Shown: positions 25,001-39,502 of the stretch, in pieces | Position numbering within the stretch: the first letter of the stretch is position 1 | Layout of the letters: the number at the start of each line of letters is the position of its first letter | From: Vicugna vicugna | Taxonomy: Eukaryota | Direction: 5' to 3' | DNA length: 64,000 nucleotides | Assembly (NCBI GenBank): GCA_013265495.1 | Contig: MU058004.1 | Span: 126,001-190,000 of the forward strand | Notes under the pieces: generated by a model | What the model was told of the DNA's origin: nothing | Database searches by the model: none | What the model saw: the letters and a program-made list of their open reading frames with translations, nothing else | Translations under genes and position numbers: made by a program

Positions 25001-28000
25001 ATACATAAGATTTTTCTCATCTTCTTGGAATTTGGGGATTTTTCCGTGTGTGTCAAGAATCATTTCTGGACTGTGGCAAACTCTTCCAAGGTGCGGACTC
25101 AAGGTGTTTTCAAATGAGGTGAAATTTTCTGTGCTGGCTCTTACTTTTTCCTTCTGCCTGGTTTTCCCCTTTGCGGCCCTCGTGTTCGAATGTTGGGTCT
25201 TACAGTTTGCATTTCTCTGTAGTTTTGTACTTCCCTGTTGGACCTTACCATTCGTTGGCTCGGTGATGAGCTGTGACCAGTCCTTCGCTTCTGCCGTTGC
25301 TTTTGGAAGGTAAATAGCGTGGTTCCCGTTCCTCCAGTGCTGGGGCACCTCTGGAAGTTCCTCTTTTTTGTTCTCTCCTCCAGCAGCTCTAGAGGGCGGC
25401 TCCACTCTGTGGCCCAGGTCCTCTTGGCTGCATTAATGGTTGGTTTTGTTTGTTTATGGCTCTCTGCACCTCGGAGGTCAGGCCACACTGTCCGGCGGCC
25501 GTGGTGGCGGCACGTATGCGAGGAGGTGTGGGATCTCCGCTCCTGGGATGGGACTCTTTTGTCCACAGTGGGGTTGAGGGGCTCTGCTGGGTCTGGGAGA
25601 GGCCTGGTTCCAGGTGTCCTGGGTTTCTGGCCAGTTCTTTCCCAGCCTCAGGGGTAAAGAGAAGCGTGCTTGTCTGGTGCCCTTTTCCCCAGTTCTCCTG
25701 GGGGAGCCCACCAGCCCTGCCCAGGCATCCATAGATCTGCAGACTCCTGGAGCAGGGAGTCAGTCTTGGGGTGCTGCCCACCATCCCCTCAAGGTCCTGT
25801 GCACTTGTGGCCTTTGCTGCCTTCTGGCCTGGCCGCTGTGTTGGTGAGGGTGTTTGATGCAGCTGGAGGGTGTCAAGCACAAGATCTCAGACCCTGTGTT
25901 TGCAGCATTGTGATCACGCCCCACCCTCCCCTTCCCCCAGCACCACAAGGCTGCTTGTCTGGCTGCAGAAGGTGGTTGAGGCTGTGTTGACTGGCAGAGG
26001 CCGGCCCGGCCTCCCCGACCCTCTCCAGGCACTGACCGCGTTGAGGGTGGGAGGCTTCCATCAGGCTCGCCCTGGTCTTCCGTGTTCCAAGGAGTGTTAT
26101 CGCCACACCTGGAATGGCCGCGTCGTCTTCATCTCCTGGTGGGGCCAGCTTCCTGGACTGTCCCCCCTTTTCCCTCCAAGGATATGTTTATACCTAGTAG
26201 GTTTAGTCATCACATGACATTTGCTCACTGAGAGACCCAGGAAGGTGGTGTGGAGGCCATGAGAGCCCGCCTGTGCCTGCTGTTCATCTGGGGTCGTCTG
26301 GGGTCCGGGGACAGCTCGCAGCACCACATCTCCCATGTGTTCCGGTCTAAGGCAGCAGTGGGCCGCCAGCCTGGGAGACAGCCCGGCACTGCGGCTGCAG
26401 GGAGAGGCGCGGGAAGGGCTGTCTCTCTGAAGCGCATACGGTGCTGCGCCCTAGCAGGGTCTGTTGGATCTGCTAGTCTTTCCTCTGGAGCCTCCTGGCT
26501 TCCAGCTGACTGAATGTGTGGAGGACACAGTGCTGGGTGAAAGGAGACCACCATCCTCGTGGGGTGCCCGCAGCTCCTGCCAGGGGAGGCTCCTTCCGAA
26601 ACCGGCCGGGAGTGCTGCCTGGCCATCTGGTTCTTGCTCTCAGGAGGGACTGTCCTGAACCCTCGTGTTTTTGGCTCTTTGTCCACCCTGCCCCCAGCCC
26701 CGCTCACCTTTGGCTCTGAAAAGAAACGTAGGGCAGAGCAGGCCCATGCATCAGGCCGAGTCTCCCTGGGACGTGCCCGCCATAGTCTGGCTTCTTTTTC
26801 TCTGTGAAGTGGGAGAAGGAACTGGCATAGAATTGGGGGGGGGCGGGGCGTGGAGGAGTGGAGATCTTTTAAATGACTTTGAAGTGATTTCAGTCTCTTT
26901 TGCTATTAACCATTTTTTCCAAACTGCTAGTAAGTAGCAGTGTTGACTGACACAGGTATTAGTGGTTTTTGTTTCTCTTTCTCCTCTAATTGTTTCCTGT
27001 GCATGGGGGGAGGGGTGGAGTGTTGAGACAGAGGAGAAGGACCCAGTGCCCCCGCCACGTACCTCCTGGGAGTGGCACACGAGACCATGCACTTTACTTT
27101 GAGGGTTTTTGAGAGCAAAGCATCTGACCGCAGGGCATGGTGGTTACCACGAGACTACTGAATAAGGTTATTTTCGCTATTTGTAGATGGGCATACTGGC
27201 CAGTCAATTATTAAATGCAGATGTTGCCGGCTGGGGAGGAAGTCGTTTCTCCCGTCTCTGCCTCACACGCCACCTGATTTTTATGTTTGGCTTGTCAGTT
27301 TTAGTATGGGTTCATTCAGAAAAGAATGTCGGCATCAGCTATGGAGAACATGCTACAACTTTAGAAAACAGTTGGGAAATGTTGTGAGCTCAGGTCTGGA
27401 ACAGGTGGGGGCTGCTGCTTTTCCAGCTATGTCACCCAGGAGTTTTAGTTCTGTAGGTAAGCATTGTTGCCCCCTGAGTGGGAGACAGCTGGTTTGGAAG
27501 CCCCAGGAGAGGAGCAGCCAGGACTGGAGGGGCCATGCGCTGCCCTCCCCACTGTCCGGAGCCTTCTCCCCCATCTCACAGCTGGGGGTGTGCAGGAGGT
27601 TGTGCATTTTCACTTTAGCGTATTCACAGTTGAGCAGAACCTCAGTTTTCAAATCAAAGGTACTTCTGCCACATTTTAAAGTTATACTTTTTGTTCTGTC
27701 TTCAACAGTGTAACATGGTAAACAAACATTCCTCTTCCATTAAGCTAAATAACTGATAGAAACCCAGTTTTTTGTGCAGGTTCTTTTACAGACTTTGTCA
27801 ACTGCTTTGAGTGTGTGATGCTGCTGTGTGGTACGAGGGGAGGGCTTTCGTCGTCATGCGCAGTGCTGAGTTGCAGGCTTCTGGACCTGAAAGCCCGTGA
27901 TGTTTGCTGCCCATCAGGGCGCACACACCACTCACACACACCACACCCACACATAACACTCACTTTCCTGTCTACTCTTTCTTTCCTGAGGAAAAGGTAT

Positions 28001-29599
28001 GGGCTTGAGTTTCAGACCCAAGACCTGGAGGGTGTCAGCGGGCTCAGGGTCAGGGCTGTGTGATTTCAGTGATGGCTGTCCCCAGGAGGCTCAGGCAGCA
28101 TCCCTGGGGGCGGGGGATGCCCTTGGTGTTGAGGTGGGGGATGGGTGCTGCCTTGTTGGGTGGCAGCTGCAGACCCCTGAGGATCTGTGTGTGTAGACTC
28201 TTCCACGTCTGTTCTTTGAAAGAGGAGACACTCCTTGTTCTTGACGCTCACGTTCAGAAGGGTTTTCCTGAACAGAGGAGAGAGAAAACGGTTGAAGAAA
28301 GGCTGGAGAAGTCTCGGCACTGTAGCTGCCCCCCAGGGCCAGGTCACGCGGGCAGCCCGCACACTCCCGTTTGTGTCACACCGGAACCTGTTGTGCTTGG
28401 CAAGCTCTCAGTCTTGCTAAGTGCCACTGGATTGCATGTTCTGAAAGAGATGATGCCTCAGACAGCCGTGAGCCTTTGAAATATTTTTTATTTGTACAAA
28501 GTGTTTTCATTTCAAGGCTTAGGAAAGGGGGATGAGAGCTTGTAGGAGACACTGGAGACTGGGGGCCTACTGCAGGTACAGAAGCCAGATCACAGGGCGG
28601 ATTCGGCCTCAGCGGGCCCCAAGCCGGGCTGCATGGGTCTTAGGTGACCCCCACTTGAGAACGTGCATTTCTCCCAACTGTGCAGCTGGACTGTGCTGTT
28701 TCAGGTGCTCAATCTTTAGCCTTCCCAAGGCCAGAGCGCCTCTGGTCATCTCGTCCACCACGGTGCCCGGCACTTACTGTTGCTCCTTTCCCCGTCCTTC
28801 TCTGTCTTACCAAGCCCCATGTGAGCACGCGGTGTCCTGCGCCCGAGCGGGGAGGGCGCAGGCATGGACCCTGCCCCGCAGAGCCCGCAGCAGCCGCAGC
28901 CTGGGTAGATGTGCAGAGAAGAGGCTGCAGAGTTGTCAGGAAAGAAGGTGTAAATTAGGCTCGGGGAAGGGGGGACTCCAGTCCAGCTCAGGACCAGGGC
29001 CAGTGCCAGCTGTGGCCTCCTGCCCAGAGCCCTCCATGCCGCCTCCTTCTGTTAGGAGGAAATTCCTGTCTTATCTCCCGATTAAAGGGAATTCCCTTCT
29101 CCACTTCCCCAAGACAGAGCAGGGAGCAGGGGCGCGGCTCCAGGGAGGGGTGGGCTGGGGCGGAGTAGGGGCGGGGCCTTGAGACAGAAGGGGCGGGGCT
29201 CCAGGAGGGGCGGGGCCTGCGGCGGGGCGCTGGCAGCCCTAGGGTTCTGGGTTCTGTTGGGGGCTCTGTCCGCAGAGGAAAATGCACGACCTGAATTTGT
29301 GTGTATTTAGTTAAAATTGCATGTTTGATCCTAGATTATTTTTGTGTTTGTGTGCTGTGATTATAGCTTATAGAAAGTTACGTATGCATGTGGACAGGAT
29401 TGGAAGGGAACGTAGAAGGGTGAAAACAGTACATTTTGGGGATGATGGTATTGTGCAGTACTGAACATTGATGGTGTATTGCTATGCGGCTTGTATCGTA
29501 AACCCAGAATTATAATGGTTTTTAAGAGCGTGATGGAGTGAACTCTGATTAAATTTTTTTCTAAATATTGAGTATACTGTCCTAGACACATTATATTTT

Positions 29600-31420
29600 A
29601 AAAAGCAGCTTGACTGGAATATTACTTACGTATAATAAAGTACACCCCTTTAAATGTACATTGAGTGAGTTTGACAAATGAATACCCATGTAAAGGCCAT
29701 CTCAGTCAAGTTTAAAACATTCCCATTGCCCCAGAGATTTCCTTGTGCCTCTTTGTAGTCATTTCCTCTGCTCCTCAAAGAAACTATAAATGTGATTTCT
29801 TTAGGTTAACAATCTAATTATCTAATTATCTGTTCTTTTAGTAGATTAGCTCCCTCTACCCCATTCTAGAACGTGATAGAAATGGAATCGTACAGTATAC
29901 ACTCTTGTGGTTAGCTTTTTTTTCCCCTTAGCATAATGTTTTTGAGATTCCATGTTGTTACTTACACCAGTAATTTAGTTTTTTTTTCTGCTCAGTAGTG
30001 TATTCCAATGCATGGATAAACCACAAATTGTTTACATAGTCATCCATTGATGGACATTTGGATTACTTTCAGTGCTTGGCTATTATGAGGAAAGATGCTG
30101 TGGAAATTTGGGTACAAGTCTTACTGTGGTCATATGTGTTCACTGCTCATGGGTAAATATTAGGGGCAGAAATGATGGGTGGTACAGAACATGTAAGTTA
30201 AACTTTATAAGAAACTTCAAAACTGTTTTGCACAGAGGATGACGCATGTTACACTCCCACCAGCAGTGAATGAGAGTTCCAGTGGTTCTGTGTTCTTACA
30301 GCACTTGAAACTATCTGTCTTCCAAAGCTGAGCCTTTGTGATGTGCTTGTAGCTCTGTCTCATTGTTTTAGTTTGCATTTCCCTGATGACTCAATGTGTG
30401 GAACTGCCGTTTGGGTGCTCACTGATCATGCATCTGCCTTCCTGTGTGAAGTGTCTTCTTCACATCTTCTGACTTTTTATTAATTTGTTTGTCTTAATAT
30501 TGAATTTTATGACTTTAAAAAATTCTGTATACAATTCTTTCTCCCAGTGTATGGCTTGCCTTTTTACTTACTTTATTTCCTAAAAGTGCCTTTTGAGGAA
30601 CAGAAGTTGTTGATTTTGATAAAGGCCATTTCATCAGTTTTTCCCTTTGAGATTTGTGCTTTTTGTGTCCCATCTTAAAAACCTAAGAAATCTTTTTCTA
30701 CGCCAAGATTTTATTCTCTGTTTTCTCCTAGAAGTTTTACAGTTTTATCTTGTACATTTAAATCTGTTATCTAATTTAAGTTACTTTTGGGGTATGGTAT
30801 AAAGTAGAGGGTGAGAATAATTTCTTCCCACGTGTTACCTGGTGGTTTTAGCATTACTGAATTTCCTTGGCACCTTTGTTGAAAATCAAGTAACTGAAAG
30901 CATAGACCCATTTCCTGTCTGGCTCTGTTCTGCTCAGGTGCTCTTGGTGCCTGTCTCTGTACCAACTCCCTGCTGTCTTGATTCCCGGAGCAGCTGCAGT
31001 GATAAAGCTAGTGCTGCCTTACTGAAAAAAATCCGGTATTATAAGTTCTCCAAATGTGTCCTTGCTTTTCAGAGCTGTTCCAAATTTGTTTAGGTCTCTG
31101 AATTTCTGCAAAATTTGAGAATCAACTTGTCAGGCCTGCTTGGATTTTTATTGGAATTGCATTGAATTTACAGATCTGCTTGGAGACCTTAACAGTATTG
31201 AATCTTCTAATCCATAAACATGGTGTATCTCTTAGTTTATTCGGGCCTTCTTAAATTTCTCTCAGAAATCTTTTATAGTTTCTAGTATACAGGTCTTACA
31301 TAAGTTTAACAAAATACATCCCAAGTATTTTATGAGGTTTGATGCTATTGAAAATGGTATTAAACATTCATCTCCTAGTTTTATTGCTATAAATATACTA
31401 AATCACCGCATTAGTTCTAG
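29600..31420 (-). mobile_element. L1M 3' UTR/ORF2 fragment
   Basis: 'gagtttgacaaatgaatacccatgtaa', 'catccattgatggacatttggattactttcag' and 'ttggaattgcattgaattta' are L1 antisense hallmarks. Confidence 0.85.
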
Positions 31421-33049
31421 TTGGTTTTGTCTGTCTTGTTTTTGTTCTCAGTGTGAGAACTCACTAGGAAGTGATCACAGCACCTGGGGCTAAAGACTCT
31501 GCCTCTTTCTCTCTGGGGCACGTGCCTGTAGTCCTTGTTCCTGGCCCGCGGTGCTGTGCGGACCCCTGGCCAGCGTCAGACAGAGGTGGTTCTAGTGACA
31601 GTCCTGGTCCTGTTCAGACTTCTGTTTACTTCATCTTTTACATCATGAAGAAGAATACACACAGAGAAGCGCATGAAACACAAACGTGCAGGTCGGTAAG
31701 TTCCCATGCAGTGGTACTTCTGCAGCCACCACAGAGAAGAGCGCCACCGAAGTCCCTGTCTTGTCCCTACGCAGAGGTAAACATCATCCTGCCTGTGTGG
31801 GGATTTTTCTAACAAACAGAACCATGTGTTACCTGCCGTGTCTGTCTTCACCCAGTCTGTGGCTTGTCTCTTCACTCTCTGAAAGCTGTCAATGAACGGA
31901 AGCCTTCATTTTGAGGCCCTTCAATTTAGTCATCTTGTCCTTTATGGTCCTTTGTGTTTGTGCTTTTTGTCTTCGTCATGAGATGCTTTCTCCTATTTTA
32001 AGGCCTTGAAAGTGTTCTTTTATGTTCCAGATGCTTTATTTCTTTTTTACCTTTTGTATTTTGATGTAAACCCTACTTGGAATTGCTTTTGCTTACTTCT
32101 GTTTAAGTTCAGCATGCATACTGAACACGTTGAGTTATGGGAGACTGAAGACTGTGGTGCGGCCGTGTGTCAGGTGCAGGAGTGCAGTAGGGCCCGCACC
32201 TCCCACGCCCTCCTGCTCCTTGTCGGTAACTCCCTCCTCGTCTCCACAAGGCAGCTGGAACACTAACACCTCCAGTCAGTTCTTCTGACTTTATGTATTT
32301 TGTTAGGTGTTCTATGCCTGGGTGACGTCACGCAATGTTACATGTTGGAGATTAGTCCACTTTATCGTGTGTATCAGGAGTCTGCTCCTTTTTGTTGCTG
32401 TGTAGTATTCCACTGTATGAATATTTATCCCATTGATCCATTTTGTTGTTTGGGCTTCTGGGGGTCTGAGTACTGCTTGTGCATGTCTTCTGGTACATGG
32501 TACGTACAGGTGCGGCCGGCACATCCTAGTGTGCCGTGCACAGTTTCCCAGTAGCTGGTGTGTCTACTCTCCCTCCAGCAGTGTGCAGACATATGCTGGT
32601 TGATGTGTATGAGCTCTGCATGCTGTGCATGAGGCCCATTTCTGCCCCTGTGTTCTGTTCAGTTGGGTTATTATTCTGTGCTTTGTCTGCCAGTACCACA
32701 GTGCAGCTTTATAGAACATAGTATGATCTGATGCTGTATGTCCTCTTGTTCATCAACTTAATGTTTTCCACTATTTAAAAAAACTCTTTGTATTCTAATA
32801 TAAATATCAGAGTAATTTTGTCAATTTTCACAAAATCCCTCTTGGGAATTTTGATTGGAATTATATTGAATCTACAGATCAATTGAGAACTAACTTCTTT
32901 ACAATAGTGAGTCTTCCTAACAATAAATATATGTTCATTAATTTATTCAGATCTTCTTTAATTTGTCATAATAGACATGAACAGTTTTCGTAGTAGAGGA
33001 CTTACAGTCCCTTGTTAAATTAATTCCTTGGTATTTGATTCTTTAAAAA

Positions 33050-36000
33050 CACTTTAACCAACTCTGTTGAGATAGAATTCACATAAAACTTCCACCCAAA
33101 TAAAGTGTACAATCCAGTGGTTTTTAGTATATTCACAATGTTATGCAACCATCACCATGATCCAATTTTAGAGCATTTCTATCACCACAAAACAAAACCC
33201 CGAACCTGTTTGTCATCACTCCTCATTCCCCTGAATCCCAGCCCCTGGCAGCCACTAACCTCCTATCTGTCTCTACGGGTTTGCCGGTTCTGGACACTTC
33301 CTGCAAATGGAATGTACACCGTGTGGTCCCTGTGCCTAGCTTCCCTCACGTGGCATGATGTTTTCAAGGTTCATCAGGTTGTAATGTGTGTCAGCACTTC
33401 ACTTCTTTTTATTGGTGCATAATAGTCTTCTGTATGGACGTACATTTTGTTTATCTGTTCACTAGCTGATGAACACTTTTTGACTATTACGAATAGTGCT
33501 GCTCTGAACATTCCTGAAGAAGTTTTTGTGTGCACAGGTGTTTTCTGTTCTCTTAGGTGTAGAATTGCTGGGTCATATGGTAAATCCATGTTCAACATTT
33601 TGAAGAACTGCCAAAACATTTTCCAAAGTAGCTATACCATTTTACATTCTCACCAACAGTACGTGAGAGTTACATGATTTTTCTCTTGAAGCATAGTTGG
33701 TTTATAATGTAGTGTTAATTTCATGTGATTTTTTTTGAGACTATGCACTTTTAATTTAGCATTTCTCTGTTGTTTATTTTGGGTTGTTTATGTAAATAGT
33801 CATTTTTCCTCTTCCCAAGTTTTTTAAATCTTGAAGAAGACCAATTTGTCAAATTTGTCTTTTTATCATTTGTGCTTCTGTTGTCATGTCTAAGAATTCT
33901 TTCCTTAATTCCAAGTAACCAAGATTTGCTCCTAATTTTTTTGTAAGAGTTTTTAGTTTTAGCTCTTACATTTAGGTGTGTGATCTATTTTGATTAATTT
34001 TTGTGTGTGACGAGGGTCTGCATTTACCTTGTCCCTTTGGTGACCCACTAGTCCTAGCGTTTGCTGAAAGACCATCCTTTTCCCATGAACTGCCTCAGGC
34101 CAGCCGTGGTTGCGGAGGGTGTTTCTCTGCGCTCAGTCCTGTTCTGCTGATCTCTGTGTTTATCTTCAGGCCACTGGGGTAGCTTCCCAGTAATGAGTTC
34201 TGAAGTCACAAAGTGTAAGTCCTCCACCTGTGTCTTCCCTTTTCAACATTGTTTCAGCCATTCTGGATCTTTCATATTTCCAGATGAATTTAGGATCAGC
34301 TTGTCATTTCTACAAAGAAACAAACTGAAATGTAGATTTGGATTGTATTGAATCTATAGGTCAGTTTGGGGAGAATTGCTCTGATGAAGACTAGAGTCTT
34401 CCCATCCATGAATATGGTATGTCTGTTTATTTAGGTCTTTGACTTCTTTTAGCAATGTTTTGTCATTTTCACCAAATAAGTCTTGCCCTTCTTTTGTTAA
34501 ATTTACAACTCAATATTTTGTTATTTCAATACTATTGCGAATTTTTTTTCTCAATTTTCTTTCAGATTGTTCAAGGCCAGTATATAGAAATTCCATTCAT
34601 TTTTCTATCTTGATCTTGTATTCTTATTTTGCTGAACTTATTTATTAATTCTGGTAATGTTTTGGCTTTGTTTTGGTGGATTCCTTAGGATTTTCCAAAT
34701 ACAAAATTATGGTTTCTGCAAATAGGGGCAGTTTTACTTCTTCCTTCCAATCTGGATGCCCTTTGTCTCCTTTCCTGCCTGATTGTGCTGACCAGGCCTC
34801 CTGTGTGTGCTCTGCACAAGTCACAAGAGCAGGTGTCTTCCCTGCTTCCAGTCTTGGGAGAGCATCTCGTCCTGTATGCTGAAGATGTTAGCTGTGGGAG
34901 TTTTGTACGTGCCTTCTGCCAAGCTGGGGACGTCCCTTCCTATTGCTTTGTGGAGAATTTTTGTCATGAGTGATCACCATTCGATTTTGTGAAATGCTTT
35001 TTCTGCACTTACTCAGATCGTCATGTAGTGATTGTTCTTTTTTCTTCTGATATGATTTATGACGATCGGCTTTCAGAGGGTCAGGCCACCTTGCGCTCGT
35101 GGGATCAATCCCACTTGGTCATGGTGTGTAACCTTTTTCATGTGTTGCTGGATTTGGTTTGCTGATATTTTGTCAAAGACTTTTCTTCTACGTTCATGTG
35201 TGATATTATTCTGTAGATTTCTCCTCTTGTCATGTCATTTTCTGACTTTGGAATTGGGTAATACAAGCCTCATAGAACAAATTGGGAAAGTCCCTGTCTC
35301 CTCCATCTTCTGGGAGATGTTTTGAAGGTGAGACGTTATTTATTCTTTGAATGTTTGGTAAAATTCACTACTCATGCCTTCTGAGCTTGAACTTTTTTGT
35401 GTGAAGATTTTAAATTACTAATTCAGTTTCTTTTTCTTTTTATAAATCTTTTCATGTTTTATGTTTCTTCCTCAGTCAATTTCAGTAATTCCTGTGTTTC
35501 TAGGAAGTTGTTCATTTCATGTCAGTTATCCAAGTTGTTGGCACATGGTTGCTTTTAGTTCTCTCTTATAGTCCCTTTGACTTCTGTGAGGTCGGGGCTG
35601 CTGTCCCCTTTTCATGCTGGAATTTAGTGATTTGTCTCTTCTCTTTTACTTGGTTTGTCTTGCTCAAGAGTCCACAGATGACAGGTCACAGGACAAACCC
35701 ACTGGCAGCCTGTTTCTGTATGGCCTCTGAGCTGAAAATGGTCTTTTTATTTTTAAAGTGTTGGAAAAACAAAACCAAACCAAAAAACAAAGAGTATTGG
35801 CAGAAACCATATGCGGCCCATGAAAGCTAAAATATATACTACCTGGTCCTTCATAGAAAGAGTCTGCTCATCTCCAGTCTAGCTAAAGGTTTGTTAAGTT
35901 TCTGGATGTTTTCAAAGAACCAACCATTGTTTTAATTGATTTTCTCTATTGTTGTTGCTTTTTTCTATTTCATTGATTTCTGCTCTAATCTTTATGTTCC

Positions 36001-36350
36001 TTCTGCTTAGTTTTCGTTGTCTGCTCTTTGTTTTTGGTTGTTTTTTCTTCGGGTCTTCCTTTGTTAACATAGGCACTAAGAGCCATGAAATTTTCTCCAG
36101 GCACTGTGTTAGCTATTCTGTGTTGTGCCGTGTTTTCATCTTCATCCGGCTCACAGTGTTTTCTAAGTTCTCTTGGAATTTCTTCTTCAACCCATTGGCT
36201 GTATAGAAGTACCTTGTTTATATCCGTAGATGGTGGTAGATTTCCCAAATAGCCTCCTGTTTTTTATTTCTAACTTAATTTTGTCATGGTCAGAGAACGC
36301 ACTTTATCTGATTTTAGTTCTTTAATATTTTCGATCCTTGTTTTGGGATC
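33050..36350 (-). mobile_element. L1M (L1MB-like) 3' UTR and ORF2 fragment
   Basis: 3' end 'gtacaatccagtggtttttagtatattcacaatgttatgcaaccatcacc'. ORF2 remnants FWQFFKMLNMDLPYDPAILHL and QWVEEEIPRELRKHCE...GENFMALSAYV. Confidence 0.88.
35660..35885. mobile_element. MER58-family hAT-Charlie MITE inserted in L1
   Basis: 'gcctgtttctgtatggcctctgagctgaaaatggtctttttatttttaaag...catatgcggcccatgaaagctaaaatatatactacctggtccttcatagaaagagtctgc'. Confidence 0.75.
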
Positions 36351-38329
36351 TGGCGTATAGCCTGCTGTTTCCAGGAGGGTGTCCCCAGGTGGACGTCAGC
36401 AGGTAGGTGTTGTCGGGTGGGTCTTCCAAAGGTAAAACATAGTTATAATAAATTGTTGATTTTTAACTCTTTTTTGAATTATTTTCTTAGTGGTTGCTCC
36501 ATGGAAATCCTTTATTATCCATTATTTTGTGTGTTTTTACTTCTATGCTCAGTTATCTTTATGGACTGGTCATTGTACTTGAACACTCATCTGTGGAGTT
36601 AATTTAGGCCTTGAATTAAACCCTTCCCCTCAGAGATCTTCCTGGGACCCTTGTAATCCAGCCTCGGGGCCCCTGTCCCGTCAGGTGACGTGTCATCCAC
36701 CCCAGCCCTGAGAGATGGCCCGCTCTGGCCTGAGCTGTAGTGTTGTGGGTTAAGCACGCAGGTCCCCCGCCCCAACTGGAGCACACACGTGGCTCTGATT
36801 TCCATTCCCTGCAGCTTTGCAGGGTCATCAGAACATGGCCGGGAATCTCAGCTGCTTCTTATAGGTCAGCAAGGACTCCAGGCAGAAGTGGCTTGTTTCC
36901 TGTCCAGGCGAGTGCTTCCGGCAGACCAAGGCTGGCACTTCCACTGTCTTCTTAACTCTCTGCTGCTTCAAGACCCTCACAGTCTCATGTGGCTTTCTTA
37001 GTTGATGGTTTGTGTGCTGTCAGTCTGTCACCTCTGCACATGGGGCATGGCGGCATCCTGACCACGCTGGGTCCTGCCCTGGCATGAACAGTCCAGGTGG
37101 CACCACACGCACGTGCCGTGACCCCGTGACTGTGGTTTGGAAGAGGCTCTTGGCATGAGGGCTGGGCCGGCTCCTTTCTCTTCCCCGCCCTGCAGACCCT
37201 GTCTGTGGGCTGTGCATCCTGAGGTTGTGTGACCAGGCCATTTCTGCGTTTTCAGATCTTTTTTGTCTGAAAGCCAGCATACAGACACTTAACAAAACCC
37301 AAAACATCAACTTTGCCTTCCTCTGCAAGGCTCCTCTTGGCTGTAGATGCTTACTTTCTTCCTTCGCAGGGGCCTGTCCTGCCCTCGCCTCCCCGCAGCA
37401 TCCCCAGCCTCGCTCCCTCAGGACCAGCCTCCACTCAGAAGCTGCTAGACTCAGAGCCACAGGTTCCTTTTAACCGTGAAGTTCTTTGACGAGATTAGTT
37501 TTTCTCTACCCAATATTTGTATGGTCAGAAGGAAACAGTGTTTCATTCTGAATTAATGTTATTTTTATAATGTATCAAAATTCTTTCTCACCTGCTTATC
37601 ACGTGGAATTGTCCACACTTTCAGCGAACAGCGGTGGGGGTCTGGGGCCTCCCTTAGGCTGGGAAAATCGTCTCCAGACACCTTGGGGTCCAGACACTGA
37701 GCCTTTTTGGTTCATGCTTGGTAACTCTTCATATCCACCTTTCAGGCCCCTCTCGGTGGTGTCTCAGATTCCAGCTGACTTTGTAAAACTGCCTCCTGGT
37801 TTGGGCACGGGCTGGAGCACATGCACCTTGACCAGGGCAGCCCTGAATGGGACGGCACCATGGGCTCGGGCCTTGATGAGAGGTGGCAGGGGCCATGGGC
37901 CACGAGCAGAAACATATCGAGGCTTGTTATTAAAACATGTTGCCGCTTTTTATGTGTAATGAAGACCTTTGCATGCTCCCAGCTTTCAGCATGTTTTTCC
38001 TCTTTCAAAATGGTCTCGGGAGAAGAGGGAACTTACTTAAAACTTGCAGAGCTGCGGTACCGCCGAGACATTCTGGGCGCCTGCTCTGCTGTCACTTTTT
38101 GGCTTGAGTGTTTGCTTATTGCGTTCAGCCTCGAAGTTCTCAGCTCATTGCCCGGGTGTGTCAGAGGTGTTCACTATTCAGACCCCAGCAGTGGAGGCGA
38201 TTCTGGTAAAAGAAGTGATGGGAAACTGTATTAGAATGTTCTTGAGAGCCAAGAATTTCTGGGCAGTTTTGGTTTTTCCTTAGATCCTTGGACCCTCAGT
38301 TAATCCTGTGTTCAAATTTTAACCCTGAC

Positions 38330-38445
38330 ATGTAATTGCTGTGAGACTTTGGGTGAGTTACGTAGCATCTCCAAACCTTGGTTTCCTCGGCTGCAGAATG
38401 GGAATATTGGTTGCTCTGTCTCCAACTATAGGAGATTGTGATATA
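38330..38445 (+). mobile_element. MIR SINE core fragment
   Basis: 'gctgtgagactttgggtgagttacgtagcatctccaaaccttggtttcctcggctgcagaatgggaatatt'. Confidence 0.7.
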
Positions 38446-39502
38446 TATATTATATATGTAGTGTAAATGGTGAAATGAGTGGAAAATACAATTTAATCCT
38501 AAGACACTTCGTTTGTTCTACAAGTACTTTTGAGGGCCAACCAAATGCGAGAGCTGGGCTGGCCAGCGCGAGGTGCCCCTTCCAGGTGGGCATCTTGGTG
38601 CAGTTGAGTAAGTGTGGGACTTGGGGCCTGAAGGTCTATGGCAAGTCCCGGGGCACTCACCTGGCTTTGGAGGAAGCGGGGCTTACCTGAGTCGTGGTGA
38701 CGCACAGGGTCCCAGGGAGGTCATGCTGTGGGCAGGGAAGGGCCCTGACCCCGGCTTCCTCCCCACCCCCCAGCTTTCCCTCTCGAGTCCCTCCTGGTCC
38801 TGCGCTACCTTGTGCCCCACACCAGACCTGACGCGGGAGTCAAGACTGGTTGAGGAAACCCTCAGAAACATGTAGGATTCTGCTTGAGGCCATAGACACG
38901 GGGGCCACTCTTCAAGCTTTTGACCACAGGCCTTCCCTTTCAGGGAAGTCTCCCGCTTTGTCTCTGCCCTGCTTCCTTGCTGGGCTGTTTCTGGGAGAGA
39001 AACAGGCTGAGGTGTAGCGTGACTTCTCATCCCCCTCACCTCACACCCCTGCTTCAGTTTTCCTTGTGAAGATTCCCGGCTGTGGCTGACCACGCACATG
39101 CCTGAAGCCAGGGAAGGAGTCCATGCTGGGATAGCCGACTTTTCTGCTCTTGTTCTGACAGCTTCTTTCTCCCGGGGTTCCTCTGTTTCCGACTTCATAC
39201 CTGCACTCGGTTCCCTCCTCCGCCTTCTCCGACCCGGCCTCCTCACAGTAGCCACAGGCTTCCTCTCACCTTCCTTCCTCCATAGCACAGCACTCACAAG
39301 GCCGTTTTCCAGCATTAAGAGATAAACTACAGGTCTTTTAGTTTATCTTATTGTTCAATTTAAAGATAATATCCTCCCAATGACATTATTTTAGTTCTTC
39401 TATTTTGTACTTTTCTTACTCTATTTGTGCCTTTAAATAAAACTCTCTGAAATCTTTTTGATTATTTATCAACTTTAAGCACTTCTTAAATTGTGAGATG
39501 GC

